In this document: positions 1-9,787 of the stretch, in pieces
Numbering within the stretch: position 1 is the stretch's first letter
Layout of the letters: every line of letters starts with the position of its first letter
Assembly: GCA_964016885.1 (NCBI GenBank)
Contig: OZ024762.1
Coordinates: 1 to 64,000 of the forward strand
DNA from: Eledone cirrhosa
Lineage: Eukaryota
Reading direction: 5' to 3'
DNA: 64,000 nt
Made by a program: the position numbers and the translations under genes
The notes under the pieces: model-generated
Seen by the model: the letters and a program-made list of their open reading frames with translations, nothing else
What the model was told of the DNA's origin: nothing
Databases searched by the model: none

Positions 1-124
1 TATATGTTATATATATGTTATATATATATATATATATATATGTTATATATATATATATATATGTTATATATATATATATATATGTTTTATATATATATAT
101 ATTATATATTTATATATATATATG

Positions 125-167
<43 letters not shown>

Positions 168-207
168 ATATATATATGTTATACATATATATATATATAT
201 ATATATG

Positions 208-250
<43 letters not shown>

Positions 251-302
251 ATATATATATATATATTTATATATATATGTTATATATATATATATATATA
301 TG

Positions 303-348
<46 letters not shown>

Positions 349-493
349 TATATATATAAATATATATGTGTTATATATATATATGTTATATGTATATATA
401 TATGTGATATATATATATATATGTTATATATATATATATATATGTTATATATATATATATACCTTATATATATATGTTATATATATATATATG

Positions 494-563
<70 letters not shown>

Positions 564-701
564 ATATATATATATATATACCTTATATATATATATATAT
601 ATACGTTATATATATATATATATACCTTATATATATATACATACCTTATATATATATATATATACCTTATATATATATATATACCTTATATATATATATA
701 T

Positions 702-745
<44 letters not shown>

Positions 746-865
746 ATATGTATATATATATATACCTTATATATATATATACAGTATATATACATATATA
801 TACCTTATATATATGTGTATATATATATACACACATACATACATTTATATATATATATATATATA
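1..865. repeat. (TA)n-rich microsatellite field
   Basis: Nearly pure TA dinucleotides with interspersed gt/cct variants; source of spurious YIYI ORFs. Confidence 0.95.
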
Positions 866-1036
866 AAATAAAATAAGAAAGTCAAATATGTAAAATTTGG
901 CTTTGTTTATCATAGATTATAGATGTACTACTACATATATTTTGGTGACAGCCATTATTGGCTGTGACCTCTTCAGGCAGTCCGAATTGGTGTGGAAAGA
1001 CAGGTGCACATGTTGTTGAAGTGGGTTTCACTCTGT

Positions 1037-1159
1037 CAATACATCGATATGTCCAGCTCCTGGGTGTGTTGTTAGTCCTCAGAGGACTAGCTGTCACCGA
1101 AATAGAGATAGCTCCGAGTGCTAACAACACACCCAGGAGCTGGACATATCGATGTATTG
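1037..1159. repeat. Perfect 39-bp inverted repeat with 45-bp spacer
   Basis: caatacatcgatatgtccagctcctgggtgtgttgttag (1037-1075) is the exact reverse complement of 1121-1159. Confidence 0.9.
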
Positions 1160-1179
1160 TACTCAGTTTCACCTTAGTA

Positions 1180-1302
1180 TACTGGAGCAACATGAAATGA
1201 AGTTTTTTGCTCAATAACACAACATGCAACCCATTCCAGGAATCGAACCCACGACATTATGATCGTAAGTCCAGCACTATTACTACCAGACCACAGGCAT
1301 CC
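1180..1302 (-). mobile_element. tRNA-derived SINE fragment (family B)
   Basis: Minus strand has A-box-like tggtctggtagt, B-box ggttcgattcc and ttgagcaa...atttcatgttgctcc, resembling the copies at 10575 and 29019. Confidence 0.65.
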
Positions 1303-1419
1303 ACAAAATATAATCTAAAACCACTTTCTTCCGATCACTTTTGCTTCACTTTACCCTTTAGTATTTACATTATTCTACATACACTATTGTATTTTCTGGG
1401 TAAACACTTTATCTCATAT

Positions 1420-1574
1420 AATATCTCACATATCGAATCTATAGGATTTTGATGTTATTCATTTTGAGAACAATACCTTCACATCAGTATGAGAGGCCGG
1501 TTACAGCTGGTTTGAACAGAAAGAGGTGAGAGAATTCTGGTCGGATACAACTGGTTTAAATGCTAAAGTGTTAA
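1420..1574 (-). mobile_element. Partial copy of the TTAA MITE seen at 43471
   Basis: Shares gaggtgagagaattctgg and ggtttaaatg(c/t)taaag in reverse orientation with 43471-43691; ends at ttaa. Confidence 0.55.
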
Positions 1575-1716
1575 TTAGTTCAGTTTTAATTGATTATATA
1601 TATTTATTTTCTTCCTTCTCTGGCCTCCTTTGTTCAATTGTTATCCATAAATTATCTTATTTCCCTATTTATTTCCTTATTTATTTATTTCTGTATTTAT
1701 TTGTCACCTTTGTCAG

Positions 1717-2165
1717 TTGCCGACCAAGACGGTGGAATGTTATCAGACACGTTTACACGAAGGACGGAAATCCGGACAGTTTTATATTCGTTAAACCATT
1801 CTGAATATCACGGTATGCAACCAACGGCAATAGTACAGCTGGAGAACCAACATGAAACTCCCAGACCACCGGAAATACATCCGAGTGCAAACACAAGGTC
1901 ATCTTTATTACAAACACAATCATCCGATGGCTGGTCGGATTACGGTTCGAGAGGCACTGCGTTGCCTGTCAGAAATATGATAGTTTCTGCCGTCGACACC
2001 ACAACAGCAACCACCACCACTACTACTACTACTACCACTACTGATGATACTACTAACAATACAGACTTAAACACTGAAAACAACATAAAACATTCCACTG
2101 TAAAGATTTCTTTGTGTTCGAATTCGTTGTTTAAGAAACAAGACGTTGGGGAAGTCGTCGTTTAA
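1717..2165 (+). CDS. Possible terminal coding exon of an upstream gene (unknown product)
   Basis: Long pyrimidine tract and tttgtcag acceptor (1716), then ~149 codons of non-microsatellite sequence with a Thr run ending ...KKQDVGEVVV*; AATAAA at 2335. Reading frame not certain. Confidence 0.4.
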
Positions 2166-2708
2166 GAAAGAATCTCTGAAAAGGAAAAAAAAAAAGAAAA
2201 AATAAGGAAAAATATAGAAAAATACAACACAAACATATTGAAAAATGTTTGAAAATAATTTCTTTCCTTTTTTTTCTTCTGTTTCGTCTTGAAGGATATT
2301 TTGTGATAAATTCAATAGATTAACATTTACAACAAATAAATCCAGGGACGCAACAGGAACAGCCAAGTACGCACAAACACATCAAGCATGCATACAATCA
2401 TTGTAGAGGTGGGAAGTGTTGGTGGAGGGATTAGAGTGTAGAATGAAATGGCTGTAAGTATATAGATGTATGTATGTGTGTATATATATCATCATCATCA
2501 TCATCATCGTTTAACGTCCGTGTTCCACGCTTGCATGGGTTTGGACGGGGGTTTTCCCACTTGAGGCAAGAGTGATTGTCTTGCTCGCATAGGACTGTCT
2601 GGCGGGTTTTCTACAGCTGGATGCCCTTCCTAACACCAACCACATTTATGTGTGTGTATGTATATATATACGTATATGTGTGTATGTATATACATACGTA
2701 TATGTGTG

Positions 2709-2739
<31 letters not shown>

Positions 2740-3036
2740 ATATATATATATTTATATACATATACATATATATATGTGTGTATATATATATATTTATATA
2801 CATATATATATATGTGTATATATATATATGTATATATACATATATATATAAATATATATATATGTATTTATATATATATAAGTATATATATATATATATG
2901 TATATGTACATGTATATATACACGTATATATATATGTACATGTATATATATATATAAGTATATATATATATGTATATGTACATGTATATATATATATGTA
3001 TATATATGTACATGTATATATATATGTATATATATG

Positions 3037-3076
<40 letters not shown>

Positions 3077-3741
3077 TTATTCTGGTTAACAGCACTCTGA
3101 GTTCAAATTCCGCCCAAGTTTACTTTGCTTTTAAACCCTTTTGGTGTCTATAAAACTAAGTCGTTGTCCAGGGCAATGTCTATATATTTAAGGCCTAGTC
3201 AAGGACCATGTCTATACAATTAAGGCCCACTCAAGGACAGTGTAATTAAGGCCCTCTTGAGAGCGGCAAATGGGTCAGAAGGCACGTGAGATGAATGTGT
3301 CTAACTTGTAGCATTTGGTCAGTTTCTTTACATTCTGGGTTCAATTCCCAGTATGTCCTACATGGGTGGCAGACTTAATAGGGCACCCAGTATAAAAATA
3401 CGCCCTACCAGATCATTGTGGGGCTTTTTGCAAGGATCACTCTGTTGCAAGCATATGGGTCAGGCCTTTTGTTTCAGGTTACCTCCTGCCTGTGCCCATA
3501 TCTATCATGGGGCTGCTGGAAAAAGGGTTCTGCAACTTAGACTACCCTTCCTGGCTAAACAATAAACAAAATCTGAATCAAAACAACTATAATTCAAACA
3601 GTTTTCATTCTATCCTCCATACATACGATGGACTGAGAGGTAAATATTAGAGGCATAGCACAATTTATTACCTGACCAAACCAGGCAGTGAAATTCTGAA
3701 TTACTTTTATATATATATATATATATGTATATGTATATATG

Positions 3742-3775
<34 letters not shown>

Positions 3776-4769
3776 AATGTATATATTTATATATAATAAC
3801 TAGAAATTGATTAACATATATATAAACATGAATAATCACAGGAGATAATTTTTACAAGTGTGTAACCACACATAGCTAGGTAGGTAACTAAATAAAGTTG
3901 ACCAGAACTTCAAAAATAGATACCTTATAATATGATTAATCTTCCCTGTATATATTCCATTAAAGAAATATATTTCACCAATTAATCGGATGGTAAACCA
4001 CGGAAGTGGAGATTTGGATTTTCAACAAGGAAGAAATTTCCAGCTATCCGCGCTTACACTTCAAGTTCAAATCTGCGACTGGCTATTACCACGTGTTGTA
4101 TTTACTATAAATACACACATCATATTAGCTTCGTCCCAGTGGCATCATGAATAGGGTTATCGACAACTAGAAACAGCAGTTGACTCCTTAATTGTAGAGC
4201 TAACTCTGTTGAAAGGACTCGACTGCTGTTTCTAGAATGAAGAATTTATTGATGCAGGAGTTTTACTAACACGTGTTTCATTACAGTTGCCTAATGGCCT
4301 GCAAATCCTAGATTGTGATGTAATCCACTATTGGCATATGTACATCATCAGTGTAACCGCTGATGTAATACATTGAACTCAACAATATGGTGAGCTGCAT
4401 ATTTTTCTTGTTTGGCACATCCATTGAACATTACATTTATATATTTGTCAGAAATTTCCCTTTCAGTGCGTCACAAATATATAAATATATAAATAAACAC
4501 ACATTAACTGTTATGATAGTTTAGACAGAGAATAATGGATTAAGTGTGTAGAAGAATGAAAGAATAAGAGAATATATAGGTGAATAAATAACAGATACTC
4601 CGGTTAATGAAATAATTCGTCAATTTTTATTTAAACTAAAAAAAGTCCATTACAGAGAATCGTTATTGAGTCTAAGATAAAAATATGAATAAAGAATGGC
4701 TGGATTTGGAGCTGGATTTTGTTTCAAGTTAGAACCAAATTGGTGAAGATTGTATTGGAGTTGTACCAT

Positions 4770-4855
4770 CTGAAAATATAGAAAAATATATAATCATTGC
4801 TGTGGTTGTAGTGGTGGTGGTGGTGGAGGAGGAGGTGTTTGGGGTAGTGTTGTTG

Positions 4856-4887
<32 letters not shown>

Positions 4888-4927
4888 GGTGGTGGTTGTT
4901 GCTAAATAATAAAAACAAAATATTTAC
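4770..4927 (-). other. Predicted 3'UTR intron of the long paralogue (158 nt)
   Basis: Donor AAAG|gtaaat 40 nt after the stop, acceptor ttttctatattttcag|; mirrored in the other arm; AATAAA at 4626-4631 (minus). Confidence 0.65.
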
Positions 4928-4967
4928 CTTTGATCACGCGAAACCATTCCTGGTGAAATCTAACATT

Positions 4968-6959
4968 TCAACGACCAATAATTCCGTTATCGTCAGTGTG
5001 GTGAGTAGGGGTACTCCAGCGCCAGTTGGGGGTACTTCTACGCCAGTCTGGGGTACTTCTACGCCAGTCTGGGGTACTTCTTCGCCAGTCTGGGGTACTC
5101 CACCGCCAGTTGGGGGTACTTCTACGCCAGTCTGGGGTACTCCAGCGCCAGTCTGGAGTACTTCTACGCCAGTCTGGGGTACTTCTACGCCAGTCTGGGG
5201 TACTTCTACGCCAGTCTGGGGTACTTCTTCGCCAGTCTGGGGTACTCCAACGCCAGTTGGGGGTACTTCTACGCCAGTCTGGGGTACTTCTACGCCAGTC
5301 TGGGGTACTTCTTCGCCAGTCTGGGGTACTCCACCGCCAGTTGGGGGTACTTCTACGCCAGTCTGGGGTACTTCTACGCCAGTCTGGGGTACTCCAGCGC
5401 CAGTTGGGGGTACTTCTTCGCCAGTCTGGGGTACTTCTACGCCAGTCTGGGGTACTTCTACGCCAGTCTGGGGTACTCCAGCGCCAGTTGGGGGTACTTC
5501 TGCGCCAGTCTGGGGTACTTCTACGCCAGTCTGGGGTACTCCAACGCCAGTTGGGTGTACTTCTTCGCCAGTCTGGGGTACTCCAGCGCCAGTTGGGGGT
5601 ACTTCTTCGCCAGTCTGGGGTACTCCAACGCCAGTTGGGGGTACTTCTACGCCAGTCTGGGGTACTTCTACGCCAGTCTGGGGTACTTCTTCGCCAGTCT
5701 GGGGTACTCCACCGCCAGTTGGGGGTACTTCTACGCCAGTCTGGGGTACTTCTACGCCAGTCTGGGGTACTCCAGCGCCAGTTGGGGGTACTTCTTCGCC
5801 AGTCTGGGGTACTTCTACGCCAGTCTGGGGTACTTCTACGCCAGTCTGGGGTACTCCAGCGCCAGTTGGGGGTACTTCTGCGCCAGTCTGGGGTACTTCT
5901 ACGCCAGTCTGGGGTACTCCAACGCCAGTTGGGTGTACTTCTTCGCCAGTCTGGGGTACTCCAGCGCCAGTTGGGGGTACTTCTGCGCCAGTCTGGGGTA
6001 CTCCAGCGCCACCATGGGGAGTCAGAAGTGTATCTTGGGTAGTAGGGTGTTGTACCCCATCTGGGATAATTAGGGGTTTGACAAGGTGTTGTACCCCATC
6101 TGGGGTAGTCTGTGTAGCGAGGTGTGGTCCCCCATCTGGGGTAAACTGTGTATCTCGGGTAGGAGGGTGTTGTACCCCATCTGGGATAATTAGGGGTTTG
6201 ACAAGGTGTTGTACCCCATCTGGTGTAGCGAGGTGTGGTCCCCCATCTGGGGTAAACTGTGTATCTCGGGTAGGAGGGTGTTGTACCCCATCTGGGATAA
6301 TTAGGGGTTTGACAAGGTGTTGTACCCCATCTGGGGTAGTCTGTGTAGCGAGGTGTGGTCCCCCATCTTGGGTAAACTGTGTATCTCGGGTAGGAGGGTG
6401 TTGTACCCCATCTGGGATAATTAGGTGTTTGACAAGGTGTGGTCCCCCATCTGGGGTAATCTGTGTATCTCGGGTAGGAGGGTGTTGTACCCCATCTGGG
6501 GTAGTCTGTGTATCTCGGGTAGCGAGGTGTGGTTCCCCATCTTGGGTAGTCTGTGTATCTCGGGTAGCGAGGTGTGGTTCCCCATCTTGGGTAGTCGGTG
6601 TATCTCGGGTAACCACGTGTGGTTCCCCATTTGGGGTAGTCGGTGTAACTAGGAGTGCTCCACCCCCATCTGCTGGGGGAATCAGAAGTGTACCTTGGGT
6701 AGCGAGGTGTGGTACCCCTTCTGTAGTAGTCGGTGCTCCAATGTCTATAAGCCGACCTCTTCGACTTAGCGGCAGCATCATTTGGAAGGGAGGTAACAAA
6801 GCTAGCTCCACTGTCTTTCTTTTCCTCTGACTCTTTCAATATCTGTCCAGTAGGTGGAGCTACGGTGATGGCTACTTTGGCTTCACTTCCATTGAAGGTG
6901 AAATAGCAGAGAAGGACCGTTAGCAGGGAAGCCCCGCACAAGTAGAAGGAAGGTCTCAT
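4968..6959 (-). CDS. Secreted Trp/Arg/Tyr-rich tandem-repeat protein, long paralogue (663 aa)
   Basis: ATG at 6959; signal peptide MRPSFYLCGASLLTVLLCYFTFNGSEA; KSKR processing site; 15 WGTT-containing Tyr-rich units (4 with CQTPN); 47 x 21-bp heptads STP[D/N]WR[R/W]. Much of the repeat variation is at synonymous Arg/Pro third positions in this frame. TATA and Inr upstream. Confidence 0.88.
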   Translation of the reverse strand: MRPSFYLCGASLLTVLLCYFTFNGSEAKVAITVAPPTGQILKESEEKKDSGASFVTSLPNDAAAKSKRSAYRHWSTDYYRRGTTPRYPRYTSDSPSRWGWSTPSYTDYPKWGTTRGYPRYTDYPRWGTTPRYPRYTDYPRWGTTPRYPRYTDYPRWGTTPSYPRYTDYPRWGTTPCQTPNYPRWGTTPSYPRYTVYPRWGTTPRYTDYPRWGTTPCQTPNYPRWGTTPSYPRYTVYPRWGTTPRYTRWGTTPCQTPNYPRWGTTPSYPRYTVYPRWGTTPRYTDYPRWGTTPCQTPNYPRWGTTPYYPRYTSDSPWWRWSTPDWRRSTPNWRWSTPDWRRSTPNWRWSTPDWRRSTPDWRRSTPNWRWSTPDWRRSTPDWRRSTPDWRRSTPNWRWSTPDWRRSTPDWRRSTPNWRWSTPDWRRSTPDWRRSTPDWRRSTPNWRWSTPDWRRSTPNWRWSTPDWRRSTPNWRWSTPDWRRSTPDWRRSTPNWRWSTPDWRRSTPDWRRSTPDWRRSTPNWRWSTPDWRRSTPDWRRSTPNWRWSTPDWRRSTPDWRRSTPDWRRSTPNWRWSTPDWRRSTPDWRRSTPDWRRSTPDWRRSTPDWRWSTPDWRRSTPNWRWSTPDWRRSTPDWRRSTPDWRRSTPNWRWSTPTHHTDDNGIIGR

Positions 6960-7008
6960 AGCTGCTGGCAGTGGTTGTGTGTCTTTTCCAGAACACACCG
7001 TAACCAGG

Positions 7009-7045
7009 AACTGACGAAATATACTCAGAAGTGAGTCCTTTTATA
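7009..7045 (-). promoter_or_regulatory. TATA box (7039-7045) and Inr TCAGTT (7009-7014) of the minus paralogue
   Basis: TATAAAA ~30 nt upstream of a TCAKTY-type initiator, ~50 nt before the ATG. Confidence 0.75.
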
Positions 7046-7395
7046 AGGCAGAGCTTCTATTGATCCTTGCAGTACATGCACGCAGGTGTAACTAACAACT
7101 AAATCTATGAAGGTATGTATGTTTACACATATGTAGATAAACACCAGATCAGGTATATATATATATACATACCTATATATATATATATAGGTATGTATGT
7201 ATATATATATATATACATACCTGATCTGGTGTTTATCTACATATATATATACCTATATATATATATAGGTATGTATATATATATATACCTGATCTGGTGT
7301 TTATCTACATATGTGTAAACATACATACCTTCATAGATTTAGTTGTTAGTTACACCTGCGTGCATGTACTGCAAGGATCAATAGAAGCTCTGCCT

Positions 7396-7432
7396 TATAA
7401 AAGGACTCACTTCTGAGTATATTTCGTCAGTT
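7396..7432 (+). promoter_or_regulatory. TATA box (7396-7402) and Inr TCAGTT (7427-7432) of the plus paralogue
   Basis: Exact mirror of the minus-strand promoter; E-box CACCTG at 7353-7358. Confidence 0.75.
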
Positions 7433-7481
7433 CCTGGTTACGGTGTGTTCTGGAAAAGACACACAACCACTGCCAGCAGCT

Positions 7482-8597
7482 ATGAGACCTTCCTTCTACT
7501 TGTGCGGGGCTTCCCTGCTAACGGTCCTTCTCTGCTATTTCACCTTCAATGGAAGTGAAGCCAAAGTAGCCATCACCGTAGCTCCACCTACTGGACAGAT
7601 ATTGAAAGAGTCAGAGGAAAAGAAAGACAGTGGAGCTAGCTTTGTTACCTCCCTTCCAAATGATGCTGCCGCTAAGTCGAAGAGGTCGGCTTATAGACAT
7701 TGGAGCACCGACTACTACAGAAGGGGTACCACACCTCGCTACCCAAGGTACACTTCTGATTCCCCCAGCAGATGGGGGTGGAGCACTCCTAGTTACACCG
7801 ACTACCCCAAATGGGGAACCACACGTGGTTACCCGAGATACACCGACTACCCCAGATGGGGGACCACACCTCGCTACCCGAGATACACAGACTACCCCAG
7901 ATGGGGAACCACACCTCGCTACCCGAGATACACAGACTACCCCAGATGGGGTACAACACCCTCCTACCCGAGATACACTTCTGACTCCCCATGGTGGCGC
8001 TGGAGTACCCCAGACTGGCGAAGGAGTACCCCTGACTGGCGAAGGAGTACCCCTGACTGGCGGTGGAGTACCCCTGACTGGCATAGGAGTACCCCTGACT
8101 GGCGGTGGAGTACCCCTGACTGGCGTAGAAGTACCCCAGACTGGCGAAGAAGTACCCCAGACTGGCGGTGGAGTACCCCAGACTGGCGAAGAAGTACCCC
8201 AGACTGGCGGTGGAGTACCCCAGACTGGCGTAGAAGTACCCCCCACTGGCGCTGGAGTACCCCAGACTGGCGCAGAAGTACCCCCAACTGGCGCTGGAGT
8301 ACCCCAGACTGGCGCAGAAGTACCCCCCACTGGCGCTGGAGTACTCCAGACTGGCGCAGAAGTACCCCCAACTGGCGCTGGAGTACCCCAGACTGGCGCA
8401 GAAGTACCCCCAACTGGCGCTGGAGTACCCCAGACTGGCGCAGAAGTACCCCCCACTGGCGCTGGAGTACCCCAGACTGGCGCAGAAGTACCCCCAACTG
8501 GCGCTGGAGTACCCCAGACTGGCGCAGAAGTACCCCCAACTGGCGCTGGAGTACTCCTACTCACCACACTGACGATAACAGAATTATTGGTCGTTGA
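7482..8597 (+). CDS. Secreted Trp/Arg/Tyr-rich tandem-repeat protein, short paralogue (371 aa)
   Basis: ATG at 7482; same signal peptide and KSKR site as the minus copy; 4 x 15-aa YTDYPRWGTTPRYPR-type units; 26 heptads STP[D/N/H]W[R/H][R/W]; C-terminal tail STPTHHTDDNRIIGR*. Confidence 0.88.
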   Translation: MRPSFYLCGASLLTVLLCYFTFNGSEAKVAITVAPPTGQILKESEEKKDSGASFVTSLPNDAAAKSKRSAYRHWSTDYYRRGTTPRYPRYTSDSPSRWGWSTPSYTDYPKWGTTRGYPRYTDYPRWGTTPRYPRYTDYPRWGTTPRYPRYTDYPRWGTTPSYPRYTSDSPWWRWSTPDWRRSTPDWRRSTPDWRWSTPDWHRSTPDWRWSTPDWRRSTPDWRRSTPDWRWSTPDWRRSTPDWRWSTPDWRRSTPHWRWSTPDWRRSTPNWRWSTPDWRRSTPHWRWSTPDWRRSTPNWRWSTPDWRRSTPNWRWSTPDWRRSTPHWRWSTPDWRRSTPNWRWSTPDWRRSTPNWRWSTPTHHTDDNRIIGR

Positions 8598-8637
8598 AAT
8601 GTCGGATTTCACCAGGAATGGTTTCACGTGATCAAAG

Positions 8638-9494
8638 GTAAATATTTTGTTTTTATTATTTAAGGGCGGCTGGGTGGTGGATTGGCAGTATCGGTAGAGG
8701 GTCGGATGACATGCTTTGCAGCATAGAGTTACGGCCCTTTATGATCTGAGTTCAAAGCCCGCCGACGTTAACTTTGCCTTTTATCCTTACGGGGGAGATG
8801 AAATAAAGTACCAGTAATGCACTGGTGTCGATTTCATTGACTTCCTTTCCCTCAAAATTGTTAGCCTTGTGCCTATATAAAAAAACCATTTGAGTTACGG
8901 CCCTTGCCATTCTGAGTTCAAATCCCGCCGAGGTTAACTTTGCCTTTCATCCTTACGGGGTCGATAAAATAAAGTACCAGTAATACTCTGGGTATTTGGT
9001 GGCCTTGTGCCAAAAGTAGAAACAATTATTTTTATTTTTACTCAAACGGATCACCTCCGCCATCATCACCACCACCACCATTATCCTCATTATCATCGCC
9101 ATCATCATCATCAGAATCACCACCACCACCACCACACACACACCACCGCTGCCCCCACCTCCAACAACAACAACAACAACAACACTACCATAATCACCAC
9201 CAATTCCGACACCATCACCATCACCACCACCAACAACAACAGCAACACCATAAACACCACCAATTCCAACACCACCAACACACCACCATTACTACACCAC
9301 CACCACCAACAACAACAACAACACCATAAACTCCACCAATTCCAACACCGCCACCTCAACCACCACCACCACCACTACCAACAACAACAACAACAACGCC
9401 ACCACCAACAACAGCACCGACAACACTACCCCAAACACCTCCACCACCACCACCACAACCACAGCAATGATTATATATTTTTCTATATTTTCAG
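8638..9494 (+). other. Predicted 3'UTR intron of the short paralogue (857 nt)
   Basis: AAAG|gtaaat donor 40 nt after the stop and ttttcag| acceptor at 9494; enlarged by a SINE and a CAC/CAA microsatellite; AATAAA at 9839-9844. Confidence 0.65.
8663..9030 (+). mobile_element. tRNA-derived SINE (family A), one full copy plus a partial tandem copy
   Basis: tggattggcagtatcggtagag A-box region, gagttcaaa B-box, core gcctttcatcctt..ggggtcgataaaataaagtaccagt, tail gtagaaacaattatt; absent from the left arm. Confidence 0.85.
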
Positions 9495-9602
9495 ATGGTA
9501 CAACTCCAATACAATCTTCACCAATTTGGTTCTAACTTGAAACAAAATCCAGCTCCAAATCCAGCCATTCTTTATTTATATTTTTATCTTAGACTCAATA
9601 AC

Positions 9603-9787
9603 TGTTTCTACTTTAGGCACAAGGCCAGCAATTACCCAGTGCATTACTGGTACTTTATTTTATCGACCTCGTAAGGATGAAAGGCAAAGTCAACCTCGGC
9701 GGGACTTGAACTCAGATTGTAAAGGGACGTAACTATGCTGGAAAGCATGGTGTCCGACCCTCTACCGATACTGCCAATCCACTGCCC
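9603..9787 (-). mobile_element. SINE family A insertion with 18-bp target-site duplication
   Basis: tatcttagactcaataac flanks it at 9585-9602 and 9788-9805; the left arm carries a single empty site (~4662-4679). Confidence 0.92.

Noticed and set aside
5015-6002. CRISPR-like appearance of the regular 21-bp repeats
   Set aside because: Head-to-tail tandem units without unique spacers, eukaryotic context, no cas genes.
6960-7481. ORF-track starts at 6998 and 7443 (MCSGKDTQ...)
   Set aside because: These are GTG starts; the first ATG (6959/7482) directly begins the signal peptide.
4968-8597. Reflectin or RNA Pol II CTD identity
   Set aside because: No Met-rich M/FD(X)5MD(X)5MD reflectin motif, the heptad is unrelated to YSPTSPS, and the protein has a signal peptide.
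4896-8631. Long overlapping ORFs in other frames (GVPQTGVEV elastin-like, PVWGTST, GVLLRQS)
   Set aside because: By-products of a stop-free 21-bp repeat. They have no signal peptide or promoter context, and repeat variants are non-synonymous in these frames but largely synonymous in the W/R frame.
9007-9540. His/Gln/Thr-rich ORF resembling a His-rich structural protein
   Set aside because: CAC/CAA microsatellite inside the predicted 3'UTR intron; starts within a SINE and is largely missing from the other arm.
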